A stretch of DNA of 27,451 bases from a virus (lineage: Duplodnaviria > Heunggongvirae > Uroviricota > Caudoviricetes): the IMG/VR virus record IMGVR_UViG_3300018489_000278; one strand, given 5' to 3'. The notes under the pieces were generated by a model that was given only the letters and a program-made list of their open reading frames with translations, searched no databases and had not been told where the DNA came from. The position numbers were made by a program, and so were the translations under genes. Shown in pieces: positions 8,100 through 17,626 of this stretch. Each line of letters starts with the position of its first letter. Positions within the stretch are counted from its first letter, which is position 1.

Positions 8100-9236
8100 A
8101 TGAGTGGTAAAGCTATTTTGGGAGCCGATCTGGGATACGGCTTCGAGAAGTTTGTAGTAACAAAATTACCTAAAACAGACGAAACTAAGTATTTATTCCC
8201 AGCGCTGATAACATTAGAGCCAACAGTACCTGAGACTTTCAGTGGTGTGGATAAGAAAAATCCATTTAAGTATTATGTTTTTAGAGTGGATAATGGTCCA
8301 CACTATACTGTGGGAGAAGGAGTTACCGACTTTGCAGATCGTATAGCGAATGAAAATTTTGCTTTAGACAGAGACATTGATCTATTGGAAAAATGGCTGT
8401 TTGCTGCAATAGGACTTTACGCACAGCAAAATAATATTGATACATTTTCTGTTGGGTGGGCTGTTCCTTTAAAAAGAAAACAAGAAGAGGTAGATAAGAT
8501 TAAGCAAAGCAATTTGAGAGGTTTGCATACAATCGATATCTCTGATATCAGAGGCAATGGGAAGACTGTTGGAGTAGAAATAGATAATATATACATTGTC
8601 GAGCAAACAATTTCTGCTTTCTTCGATCTAAAATTTGATTTTAACAAAGAAGGTAAATTAATTGTTAAAGATCCTGTGTATAGAGATGGTAGAGTTGTTT
8701 TGATTGATATAGGTACAAATACTATTGGTACTGTGTTTGTGGATGCATCTACAATCCAAAATAAGAATATGTTCAGTTATAGTGGTGTAGCTGAAATTTT
8801 GTTAGATATGCAGACATTATTAGCAGAAATGGGCTATGTTTCATCTTTAGCTAGTATACAAAAGAAATTCATATTAGAAAAGAATCCTATTGTTAAACAA
8901 TTTAAAAACGGTAGACTTATTAGCGTTGATTTAAGTAAGGAATTTGAAGAGATACGCAACAGAACATTTAAGAGCAGAGTGAAACCAATCATAGATAATT
9001 TCTTGAAGTCTCTTAACGTGGAAGAAGGTATTGATAGGGTTGTTTTCTGCGGTGGTGGTGTTTATCTTTTTGATGACTTGTTAAAGGATTCATATTATAA
9101 CGGGCAAGACATTATCGTCCATCCAGATCCTGCTTACGCCAATGCGCGTGGTGTTTGGAAAACAGCCTACGCTAGAGAAAGCTTAAAAACAGACGACAAT
9201 ACTCTTAATAATGTAATAGACGAAGATAAAGAATAA
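8100..9236 (+). CDS. parM: ParM/StbA-family actin-like plasmid segregation ATPase
   Basis: Phosphate-1 GADLGYGFEK, EQ connect motif, phosphate-2 LIDIGTNT, adenosine FCGGG, connect-2 YANARG. ATG 8100 is 9 nt after SD AAGGAGG; the track uses TTG 8094. Confidence 0.8.
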   Translation: MSGKAILGADLGYGFEKFVVTKLPKTDETKYLFPALITLEPTVPETFSGVDKKNPFKYYVFRVDNGPHYTVGEGVTDFADRIANENFALDRDIDLLEKWLFAAIGLYAQQNNIDTFSVGWAVPLKRKQEEVDKIKQSNLRGLHTIDISDIRGNGKTVGVEIDNIYIVEQTISAFFDLKFDFNKEGKLIVKDPVYRDGRVVLIDIGTNTIGTVFVDASTIQNKNMFSYSGVAEILLDMQTLLAEMGYVSSLASIQKKFILEKNPIVKQFKNGRLISVDLSKEFEEIRNRTFKSRVKPIIDNFLKSLNVEEGIDRVVFCGGGVYLFDDLLKDSYYNGQDIIVHPDPAYANARGVWKTAYARESLKTDDNTLNNVIDEDKE

Positions 9237-9264
9237 AAAAAAGAGGAATGGAGGCATTTATAAA

Positions 9265-9504
9265 GTGACAGTAACCGAGTTAGTAAAAAAAGTATCCGTT
9301 GAGACAGGTTTTACACAAAAAGATGTAGAAACAACTCTTAAAGCTACTTTTGATATCATACAAAAAACGCTGTTAAACGGAGAGAGAGTCACTGTTAGAA
9401 AGAAATTTACCATTAGGCCTTTTGTCGTAAAAGGTTATCTTATAAACGGTAGAACAAAAGTTGAGCCTCATATTAGATGTTCTTTTGAGTTGAAACGGAG
9501 GTAG
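9265..9504 (+). CDS. HU/IHF-family histone-like DNA-binding protein with a short arm
   Basis: MTVTELVKKVSVETGFTQKDVETTLKATFDIIQKTLLNGERVTV matches HU helices 1-2 and the first strand. Confidence 0.75.
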   Translation: MTVTELVKKVSVETGFTQKDVETTLKATFDIIQKTLLNGERVTVRKKFTIRPFVVKGYLINGRTKVEPHIRCSFELKRR

Positions 9505-9511
9505 TAGCAGA

Positions 9512-10300
9512 ATGGGTTTTCTTTTGTCTATATGGCCTTTTGTTATAGTTTGTTTTATTTTTGGCACTGTTATGGGTAGCTTTCTTCTAACTATGGCATT
9601 GAGAATTCCTGCAGGCGAATCTATAATGACGAGATCTCATTGTCCTTATTGCAAACATGAGTTAGGAATGAAGGATCTTTTCCCTATTTTGAGTTATATT
9701 TTTATTAGAGGTAAGTGTAGATACTGTGGACATAAATTACCGATAAGATATTTGCTTTCAGAGATTCTTGTTGGAGCAGTTTATGCGTTAATAGGTTATG
9801 AGTTTGGTTTTGGTATCCTGTTTTGGAAGTATGTCGTTTTGAGTTCTTTTGTTATTGTAGTTGCTTTTTCAGATTTAATATATGGCGTTATTCCAGACTC
9901 TGTCGTGATTGTTGGTGCTATTTGTGGTCTTATTTTATCTATACTCACTGGAGACACTGTCGCACACCTTATGGGCTCAGTAGTGTTAGGTGGTATGTTT
10001 CTTCTTATATGGCTTGTTACGAAAAAACAAGGTATCGGCGATGGAGATGTGACATCAGCGTTTGCGATTGGTTTGTATTTTGATTTGCCTTCTGCTATTC
10101 TTGTGTTTATGGTTTCTTTTGTTATAGGCGCTATTGTTAGTATTATAGTTCTCATAAGCGACAAAAGAAATAAAAACGAAATAGTGCGTGAAGAAAATGG
10201 TAAAAAAGCAGTACCTTTTGTCCCGTTTCTATCTATTGCTTCTTTTATTGTTGCTCTCTACAGTTATCAGATATTGAATTTTCTTTTAAGAGGGAGATAG
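9512..10300 (+). CDS. pilD: Type IV prepilin peptidase (A24A, with N-terminal Zn-binding domain)
   Basis: GSFL…RIP, SHCPYC…GKCRYC (two CxxC), FSDL…IPD, GIGDGD, PFVPFL, multiple TM segments. Confidence 0.92.
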   Translation: MGFLLSIWPFVIVCFIFGTVMGSFLLTMALRIPAGESIMTRSHCPYCKHELGMKDLFPILSYIFIRGKCRYCGHKLPIRYLLSEILVGAVYALIGYEFGFGILFWKYVVLSSFVIVVAFSDLIYGVIPDSVVIVGAICGLILSILTGDTVAHLMGSVVLGGMFLLIWLVTKKQGIGDGDVTSAFAIGLYFDLPSAILVFMVSFVIGAIVSIIVLISDKRNKNEIVREENGKKAVPFVPFLSIASFIVALYSYQILNFLLRGR

Positions 10301-10310
10301 AACGATAAGC

Positions 10311-10553
10311 ATGGATAAGCAGGCAAAAGATCTTTTAATAGAATATTTTTCTGCTTCTTTTTCATTTATTTTCTTTGTTTTTTATTGGGATTGTCGCATA
10401 CTTTATTCTGTTTTTGTTTTTTGCTGGATTCTTTGTCTATTACTATTATAAGTTTTTTCTTTTGGAGATGACAGAAACAAGCAAAAAGATATGTGGTTTT
10501 GTTATTCTGTCTCTCCTTTGTGTTTTTTAGCTTTATTGCTGATAAGGAGGTAG
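10311..10553 (+). CDS. Probable small, very hydrophobic membrane protein; reading frame ambiguous across poly-T runs
   Basis: ATG 10311 (MDKQAKDLLIEYFSASF…). Fragments in different frames across T runs give IGIVAYFILFLFFAGFFVYYYYK… and …LALLLIRR* (TAG 10551-10553). Confidence 0.35.
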
Positions 10554-10556
10554 CGG

Positions 10557-10691
10557 ATGCCGTTAGGATTGGTTAAACAAATCGCAAGGTTTCTTTTAAA
10601 TGTTGCGATTTTATTTGTTTTATACAGAATTTTTTATACCCTTTTCAATAATTGGATAATACCTTTTATTGCAATGATAGTTTTCAATTAG
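10557..10691 (+). CDS. 44-aa hydrophobic peptide not in the ORF track
   Basis: SD AAGGAGG 10544-10550; MPLGLVKQIARFLLNVAILFVLYRIFYTLFNNWIIPFIAMIVFN*. Confidence 0.55.
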   Translation: MPLGLVKQIARFLLNVAILFVLYRIFYTLFNNWIIPFIAMIVFN

Positions 10692-10725
10692 GATACATGA
10701 TATATAATTATTATAGGAGACAGCA

Positions 10726-11859
10726 ATGAGCAAAAAGCGTGTATCAAATAAAAGTGTTAAAATTATAGAACACTCAGAAACAGATGTTTTTACATGCAAG
10801 AAATATCCAGTAACAATTCCTTTGTCTAAAGTATCAGCTGATTTTCAAAATCAGTACGGTAGTAGAGCATATGATTTCAAACTTGTAGCAAAGAATGAAT
10901 TTGAGAGTTGGTTTATAGTAATAGCAGCAAACAAGAAGTATGAAAATTCGAAAGAGGAATTGGTAGTTCCTATTGATTATGCGATTATGCATAGTTTAGC
11001 ACAGAAAACAGGATCTGCTCTCGTTGTAATTCCATACGACACATCAACAATGATAGGTGTAGTTAAAGACAAAGAAGTTGTGTATGTTCAAGAAATTCAA
11101 TTTTCTATATACGCACAAGAAAAATTGAATGGCGTTGAAATAGCTATTAGCAGCATACTCGATGAGATTAGACAAAGTAAAATAGTTCCTTCAATGGTGT
11201 ATATTGCCAATCCTACTTATCCTGTTCCCAATTATATTATTTCAATGTTTAACAATATGGATATCAATCCTGATGTCATTCCGCCAGGCACAATAGATAT
11301 AGAACAATATAATGGCGACTTATCTCTTAATAGTAAATATGCTTTTAGAAATAGAAAGTCTATAACGACATTTCTTTTTTCAATGGCACAGAATAGAAGA
11401 AAAATTGTGTCTACGGCTCTTGCAATGATAACAATGTTTATGTGGGTGTATTTTCCTGCATCTGAAGTGATTAGAATTATTGATACATCGTATACTAGTA
11501 CATCTGCAGAGATACAGCAGACTATTCTTCAAATACAGCAGCAGAAGCAGATTTTTAAAGATACACTGCAAAACATAGAAAATAAAAAGTCAATGGTGGA
11601 AAATTATAATGCATCTTTTAAAAAGATAAACAATCCTGACCTCACGCCTATTATAAAGGTTATTCTTTCTAATCCTAACGTTACATCTATTAGTTACTCT
11701 GGAGGAACATTCACAATTACTTTTACTGCAAATTCTACAGCAGATATAGACAGCTACTTTAAAACATTGCTTCAGTCTGGGTATTTTAGTGTATTGCAAC
11801 CAGTAGTAAGGACAAGTAAGCCTTCTACTTACAGCATTCAGGTGGTGATAAATAAATGA
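10726..11859 (+). CDS. PilM/PilN-like pilus alignment-complex protein (cytoplasmic domain, TM, coiled coil, PilN-like C-terminus)
   Basis: Single TM (ALAMITMFMWVYFP), Q/K coiled coil, C-terminal VTSISYSGGTFTITFTANSTADIDSYFKTLLQSGYFS resembling PilN; operon context. Confidence 0.55.
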   Translation: MSKKRVSNKSVKIIEHSETDVFTCKKYPVTIPLSKVSADFQNQYGSRAYDFKLVAKNEFESWFIVIAANKKYENSKEELVVPIDYAIMHSLAQKTGSALVVIPYDTSTMIGVVKDKEVVYVQEIQFSIYAQEKLNGVEIAISSILDEIRQSKIVPSMVYIANPTYPVPNYIISMFNNMDINPDVIPPGTIDIEQYNGDLSLNSKYAFRNRKSITTFLFSMAQNRRKIVSTALAMITMFMWVYFPASEVIRIIDTSYTSTSAEIQQTILQIQQQKQIFKDTLQNIENKKSMVENYNASFKKINNPDLTPIIKVILSNPNVTSISYSGGTFTITFTANSTADIDSYFKTLLQSGYFSVLQPVVRTSKPSTYSIQVVINK

Positions 11860-12566
11860 AAACTATTGTTGTATTTTTAGCTATTTTATTAATAGCTTTG
11901 AATTGCGTGACTTTGTATCAGAACATCCAACAATTTAAACAAGTGAAAGACAATCTTGCGCAAGAATCTAACTATGTAAACGATATTAATATGATAACTC
12001 AAAAAAATCAGGAGTACTACGCAACAGTTTTAAGTGTAACGAATAATTTTTATAATGATGACAGACTATATTTATTGTGGAAAAATTTTGAGAAAAAGTT
12101 TGGCTCTTCTTTTGTTAGCTTGTCTGTTGCACCGACATATACAGAGGAAAATGGGTTAAAATGGTTTGATATGTCTCTTTCAGTTAATACAGATCCTATT
12201 TCTTTTATTAACATCATTAAGACAGTTACACCTCCTTTGTTTATAGAAAGTTTTTCTTACAATAAACAGCAGAGTTCTCTTACGGCTGGAGTCAAAGGTG
12301 CTATTATATCTGACAAAAAAGGGTTTGTAATAACAGAAGATATGGAGAAAGGTGGAAGTTATGTTGTTTGTAAGTATATAATGAGTACGCCTGACAGTAA
12401 TTTGGTATTGAATGGAAGCAACTATTTTGTTGTTAAAAAGGACGATCTATATTATGTTGGTACTATACTCGAATCAGGATTAGATTTATTATCAGCAGAA
12501 GGCGATGCGAATAGATATGCGCAACAAGGTATTATAACATTTATTGCAAAAGAAGGAGGCAAATAG
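11856..12566 (+). CDS. PilO/GspM-like membrane-anchored protein, possible SPOR-like C-terminus
   Basis: N-terminal TM, coiled coil, DMSLSVNTDPISFINIIKTV…FIESFSY resembling the PilO ferredoxin-like fold; ATGA overlap with the previous gene. Confidence 0.45.
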   Translation: MKTIVVFLAILLIALNCVTLYQNIQQFKQVKDNLAQESNYVNDINMITQKNQEYYATVLSVTNNFYNDDRLYLLWKNFEKKFGSSFVSLSVAPTYTEENGLKWFDMSLSVNTDPISFINIIKTVTPPLFIESFSYNKQQSSLTAGVKGAIISDKKGFVITEDMEKGGSYVVCKYIMSTPDSNLVLNGSNYFVVKKDDLYYVGTILESGLDLLSAEGDANRYAQQGIITFIAKEGGK

Positions 12567-13648
12567 TGGACTCTATTTCTTTATTGTCTCAAGAAGGGAC
12601 TACTGTTGTCTATTATAAAGGGCACAAAATTCTTGCTGTTGAGGAAAATCCAGAACAAGGAGTTCCCCAAGGAGGTACTGTTGCACTTGTTAACAGTAGA
12701 GAAGTTAAAAGAGCTAGGGTTTTTACTTTCAGAAAAGATCAGATCGATAGATCTAAAATCTTCAGTAAAGTATCGGAATATACTGGGAAAACAGATTTTG
12801 TTTATGATGTTATTGAGTGGAAGAACTATTATATAGTCACCGTTGTCTCACAGAAGACATTCGACATAGTCCGTAGAACATTTAATCCTTCTCGTGTTGT
12901 ACCTTATGACTTTTTGGTAGTATGGAATATACAAAAACAAATTAAAAAACCTCTTGTTTGTTTAAAGAATGAATTGTTTTATTATATCTCTAATTCTGAT
13001 GTTGCCGTTAGCGTCTTTAAATCAGATATAGAGCCATATATCACAGTGGATACAGTAGTTATTGATAACGATACGCTTAGAGAATTTCCTGAATTACAAA
13101 TAGTTCCTGTCAAAAGAAAATGGGTTATAGATAAAAAATCTAATGTTGATCCTAATAATTTTGTAGTACGTGACGTAGAATTTATTGTTAACAACACATT
13201 ACCTATAAATATTTTGCAAGATGTGTTATTGGTTGCTAACAAAAAACAGCTCAATACTCTACCTGAATTAAGATATGTATTGTCTATATTATTTTGCCTT
13301 ATTGTTTTACTTGGTATAAGGATATTTTCTCCGTTTATTCAGAATATGGTCAAACCTCAATACACTCCAGTCAAGATTTCAATTCCTTCTAGCATAGATT
13401 TAGATCGACCTACTTTTAATGAGTTTATTTATAATAAAGGTTATCCATACACTTTATACGAAGCTTATGACCAAAATAATAATAAAGTGGCTACTTTTGT
13501 CGTGAAAGACGAAGCTATTAAATGGCAACAACTACATAATAATTTTAATTTGTATGCTGTTGTGTATGATAAAGATGGAAACGCGACAAAGACATTATTG
13601 TCAGCTTCCGTAAAGAATCCATCTAGTGAGAAAGGACCATCAGCATGA
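12566..13648 (+). CDS. GspL/PilM-like bitopic pilus assembly protein (putative)
   Basis: About 235-aa cytoplasmic beta-rich domain, one TM (YVLSILFCLIVLLGIRIF), extracytoplasmic C-terminus; coupled to the ATPase gene. Confidence 0.35.
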   Translation: MDSISLLSQEGTTVVYYKGHKILAVEENPEQGVPQGGTVALVNSREVKRARVFTFRKDQIDRSKIFSKVSEYTGKTDFVYDVIEWKNYYIVTVVSQKTFDIVRRTFNPSRVVPYDFLVVWNIQKQIKKPLVCLKNELFYYISNSDVAVSVFKSDIEPYITVDTVVIDNDTLREFPELQIVPVKRKWVIDKKSNVDPNNFVVRDVEFIVNNTLPINILQDVLLVANKKQLNTLPELRYVLSILFCLIVLLGIRIFSPFIQNMVKPQYTPVKISIPSSIDLDRPTFNEFIYNKGYPYTLYEAYDQNNNKVATFVVKDEAIKWQQLHNNFNLYAVVYDKDGNATKTLLSASVKNPSSEKGPSA

Positions 13649-14796
13649 CGGTTGGAAAAGTTGAAGAGATTATTAAAGTAATTGTCAAAACTTTGTCTGA
13701 AACGCACGCGGATTTGTCTGATATCCAATTGTTGCCAGACAGCGTTCCTTATATTCGTGGCTTTATATCTAACAAAATTGATGTTAATGCATTTGTTCCG
13801 CTTTCTTTAAACAATAATATTTCTATTAAAGAAGAGGAATTAAAAGATTTTTTATACAGCCATATTAGCGATGTACAATCGCAACTACTAACAAAAGAAA
13901 GACAAATATCTTTTAGATTAGAAATAAAAAACGAAGACGGATCGACATTGGCAATCTTTAGGGCTACTGCATACTACCAAAGAGATAAATTGTCTCTTGC
14001 ACTTCGTTTTCTAAAAACTAATATTCTTACTCCTAGTGAATTACATGTTCATCCTATTGTTTACACAAATTATATGAAGAATAATGCAGGTCTTATTATT
14101 GTGTCAGGACCTGTTGGTTCTGGCAAGACAACAACAGCAGTTTCTTTGCTCAAAGATAAGCTTATTTCTTCTAAAAATCGTGGCGCATTGCACTTAGTAA
14201 CAATTGAAGCACCTGTAGAATACGAAATCAATGTAGCACCTGACGAAGGAATTGTGGAACAAAGAGAAGTTGGTGTAGATACGCCTGACTTTTTTACAGC
14301 TACAAGGGATATTGTAAGAATCAATCCGAATATCATTTTTGTAGGTGAAGTAAGAGATCCAGAAACAGCAATAAACTGTATTCAAATGGCTACAACAGGA
14401 CATTTAGTTTTAACAACATTCCACTCAGATTCAGTAAAAGACACTATTGCAAGATTCCGTTCTTTTTTAAGAACAAAAGAAGATATATCGATGTTTGCTA
14501 ATGCATTAGTAGCAGTTACTAATCAAAGATTGTTTACATTTAAAACACTGGACGGCTTTAAGGTTTTTCCTATCATGGAGACAGTTAAAGTAGCTGCAAC
14601 ATCTCGAGGCTCAGATGCTATCAAACCTTTAATTATTGAGGATAGAATTTCTGAGATTCCAAATTATATAAATATTGAAAATGAGTCAGTTACAACAGAT
14701 GCTTGTTTAAGCTATATTAAGAAATTGATAGATCAAGAAGAACAGCTTGAGATCGTAAGGAAACCACCGAATCCACCAGTTTCAACAGATTTTTAA
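13645..14796 (+). CDS. pilT: PilT-like type II/IV secretion/pilus ATPase
   Basis: Walker A GPVGSGKTTT, Asp box TIEAPVEY, Walker B PNIIFVGEVRD, His box TGHLVLTTFH, AIKPLIIE resembling the PilT AIRNLIRE motif, and no long PilB-type N-terminus. Confidence 0.75.
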   Translation: MTVGKVEEIIKVIVKTLSETHADLSDIQLLPDSVPYIRGFISNKIDVNAFVPLSLNNNISIKEEELKDFLYSHISDVQSQLLTKERQISFRLEIKNEDGSTLAIFRATAYYQRDKLSLALRFLKTNILTPSELHVHPIVYTNYMKNNAGLIIVSGPVGSGKTTTAVSLLKDKLISSKNRGALHLVTIEAPVEYEINVAPDEGIVEQREVGVDTPDFFTATRDIVRINPNIIFVGEVRDPETAINCIQMATTGHLVLTTFHSDSVKDTIARFRSFLRTKEDISMFANALVAVTNQRLFTFKTLDGFKVFPIMETVKVAATSRGSDAIKPLIIEDRISEIPNYINIENESVTTDACLSYIKKLIDQEEQLEIVRKPPNPPVSTDF

Positions 14797-14825
14797 TGGA
14801 GATATATAGGAAAAATGATAAAATA

Positions 14826-14834
14826 TGATATAAT
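14826..14834 (+). promoter_or_regulatory. Extended -10 element (TGATATAAT) upstream of the DUF1016-like/topB operon
   Basis: Lies in the 100-bp AT-rich gap. No canonical -35. Confidence 0.4.
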
Positions 14835-14897
14835 ATATAAAATGGATCAACAAGAGTATAATTTGTATATATTTAATATATCAGAAGGAGGTAATGT

Positions 14898-15505
14898 ATG
14901 AATACGAGAAAGCTTTTAAAGGAAGATGATTGGCTCAGAGATTTTCTCGATGAAACTCTGGGTGCCATTACTGAGGAGCAGTTCAATGCGACATGGACGA
15001 CGGTAGAGTTTTACCACAAAGTAGGAGAGGTGTTAGCGCCGAATATGGAAGAACTCAAAAACATTTGCGTACAGAAAGCAATGTTGATGTAATGAAATTT
15101 ATTGCAACAAAAATTAAGAAGTCGCCTGCAACAGTTTACAGGGCAGTACAGTTCTACAACAAGTTTCCTGATTTGAATGCTCTGCCTGAAGGTAAAAATA
15201 CTTCGTGGAGAAAAATCTGTAGGTTATATTTACCTAGTTTGCCAAAAACAGATCTTACAGATTGCTTGTTTATTGTTACGGAGGATTTAGCTCATGGTAT
15301 GCGTAAGGGCGACCAAGACTATAATTTCCAGCAGGCAAGCGTTATTTTAGACGATGATGGTACGAAAATTAAGAAGTTTGTCCTTTTCTTTTCACTTGCA
15401 CCTGCGAAAACAGAAGAATTTAAGTTGCCCGATGTAATCGAAGAAAGTGAATTGAATGATATTTTAAATAAGGTTGAAAAAACAAAGACGGTGATTAATT
15501 ATTGA
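14898..15505 (+). CDS. DUF1016/YhcG N-terminal-like helical domain protein (two track ORFs joined at one homopolymer frameshift)
   Basis: SD GAAGGAGGT plus ATG 14898. One extra A at 15057-15061 gives FYHKVGEVL…ELKKHL…FIATKIKKSPATVYRAVQFYNKFPD…SWRKI, the YwxxG…la…s..nl…qFY..fpd…sW pattern of DUF1016_N. Confidence 0.55.
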
Positions 15506-17199
15506 TTAAGTTAATTATTGCCGAGAAACCCTCGGTTGCAAAAACTATAGCTAATGCAATTGGCAATCCTGTTTTTAATAAGGATTACTACGAAGCAGGT
15601 GGATGGACTATTTCTTTTGCATTAGGTCATATTGTTAATCTAGTCTATCCTGAAGAATACAATCCTGCTTTTAAGAAGTGGAGTGTAGATAGTCTTCCTA
15701 TTATTCCGTCTGAGTTTAAGTATACAATTCTGAATAAGCAAAGATTTTATGCTTTATCAAAGCTTATTCAACAAGCAGATGTAATAGTAAATGCTTGTGA
15801 TGCTGGAAGAGAAGGAGAGCTTATATTTAGAGAAATCATTATGTTAGCACAGCCTAAAAAGACAGCTAAAATATACAGGTTGTGGATATCAGCTCTCACA
15901 AAAGAAGAAATACAGAAAGAATTAAATAATTTAAAGGATATTAACAAGTACGATAATCTGTATTTTTCAGCTGAAGCCCGTGCAAAGGCAGATTGGTTAG
16001 TAGGGATTAATGCAACACGGGCTTTTACTATAAAGGCAAACGAATTGCATACGATAGGAAGAGTTCAAACACCAACGCTCTATGCAATTGTAAAAAGAGA
16101 AGAAGAGCGTGCTAAGACACAGGATAAGAAGTACTATGAAATTGTTGGTACTTTTCATTCTGATGAATATAATGGCGTACTTCAAACAGCAGATATTTTG
16201 GAGGATAAATCTATTGCAGAAAGTGTAGTACAGGGGATTCAAGTGGGGACCCAAGGAGTTGTGCAAAATTATCAAGATAGAGTTGTTCAGGTTTCGCCTC
16301 CACTATTATACGATTTAACAACACTTCAAAGAGAGGCAAATAGCGAGTATCATTATACAGCTCAACAAACATTGGATATAGCACAAGCTTTATACGAAAA
16401 GGGTGTTATATCTTATCCAAGAACAGATTCTCGTTATTTGCCCTCCTCTTTGAAGGCAACAGTTGAGAATACAGTCAAACAGATATATCAAGGGCCTATT
16501 GGTCCAATTTATTCTGGCGTTATAAATGATGCAGGAGTTTCAGATCATTATGCACTAATTCCAACAGGTAAGCCTTTAACGACAAGTGATGTAAGAGAGC
16601 AAAAGATATACGACCTTATTGAAAAAAGATTTATTGCAGAATTTTTAGGTTTCGCACACGTGCAAAAACAGAATTTCGAGACGGTACTAAAAAATAAGAA
16701 TAAAAATTTGTTCAAAACAGAGAGGGAAGCTTTGTTGGACCCAGGTTGGCGTGCTATTTACGGAGATAAACCAGTAAACAGATTGCCAGATATCTCTAAA
16801 ACAGAGCATATTTTAGTTGAATTGAATATTGCAGAAAGAATCAAGAAAAAGCCTTCTTCTTTTACTGATGCAAGTTTACTTCACTGGATGGAGAAAGTTG
16901 GTAAAACAGGTTTGGGGACACCAGCAACACGAGCGCAAATCATAGAAAGATTAGTTGAAACAAAGTATGTTGCTCGTGTTAACAATTTTCTTGTACCAAC
17001 GCAAAAAGGTATCAATCTTGTAAAGAAATTAGAAGCTTTGAAGATGAATGAGCTGCTTTCTCCAGATCTTACTGCTTATTTTGAAGAGCAGTTAAAAGAA
17101 ATAGAAGAAGGGAAAAAGAGAGAAGACGATTTTATATCGGATATGGAGAATTACACGAAGAATGTAACGAGTAAATTGTTGGAGGCCTCGCTTGTATAG
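15502..17199 (+). CDS. topB: DNA topoisomerase III (type IA), short form without a C-terminal extension
   Basis: IIAEKPSVA, ACDAGREGELIF, GRVQTPTL, catalytic SYPRTDS, GLGTPATRAQIIERL. Confidence 0.92.
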   Translation: MIKLIIAEKPSVAKTIANAIGNPVFNKDYYEAGGWTISFALGHIVNLVYPEEYNPAFKKWSVDSLPIIPSEFKYTILNKQRFYALSKLIQQADVIVNACDAGREGELIFREIIMLAQPKKTAKIYRLWISALTKEEIQKELNNLKDINKYDNLYFSAEARAKADWLVGINATRAFTIKANELHTIGRVQTPTLYAIVKREEERAKTQDKKYYEIVGTFHSDEYNGVLQTADILEDKSIAESVVQGIQVGTQGVVQNYQDRVVQVSPPLLYDLTTLQREANSEYHYTAQQTLDIAQALYEKGVISYPRTDSRYLPSSLKATVENTVKQIYQGPIGPIYSGVINDAGVSDHYALIPTGKPLTTSDVREQKIYDLIEKRFIAEFLGFAHVQKQNFETVLKNKNKNLFKTEREALLDPGWRAIYGDKPVNRLPDISKTEHILVELNIAERIKKKPSSFTDASLLHWMEKVGKTGLGTPATRAQIIERLVETKYVARVNNFLVPTQKGINLVKKLEALKMNELLSPDLTAYFEEQLKEIEEGKKREDDFISDMENYTKNVTSKLLEASLV

Positions 17200-17626
17200 A
17201 TATTTTAATAGGTACGGCACAAAATACAATAACGCAAAGATAGAATACGATGGAGAAAAATTTGATTCTATGCTCGAGCTTACCTATTATAAGTATCTGT
17301 TGCTTTTGAAAGAAGCAAAAGTTGTTAAAAAGATAGAGAGACAACCAACGTATGAGCTTATACCTGCTTTTGACAAGAACGGTAAGCATTATAGAGCTAT
17401 CAAATATACACCAGATTTTAGAGTGACTTACTACAACAAAGATAAAGAACCAAGAAGGGAAACAGATAAGAAAAAAGATGAGTATGTTGAGATTGTCGAA
17501 GTAAAAGGTTTCCCAGATACGGCATTTAAGATAAGAGTTAGACTGTTTGAGTACTTGTATAAAGACGCAAATCTTGTTATAATAAATAGTAGAAACATAA
17601 AAGAGTACGTAGGAGGTGTATTATGA
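17192..17626 (+). CDS. DUF1064 family protein (PD-(D/E)XK-like)
   Basis: KYNNAKIEYDGEKFDS..E..YY…QP.YELIP…YTPDF…EVKG..D..F; TTG start with SD GGAGG 17181-17185. Confidence 0.85.
   Translation: MYRYFNRYGTKYNNAKIEYDGEKFDSMLELTYYKYLLLLKEAKVVKKIERQPTYELIPAFDKNGKHYRAIKYTPDFRVTYYNKDKEPRRETDKKKDEYVEIVEVKGFPDTAFKIRVRLFEYLYKDANLVIINSRNIKEYVGGVL

Noticed and set aside
14993-15056. Independent start of the 14993..15505 ORF
   Set aside because: No SD; better explained as the downstream half of the 14898 gene after a homopolymer error.
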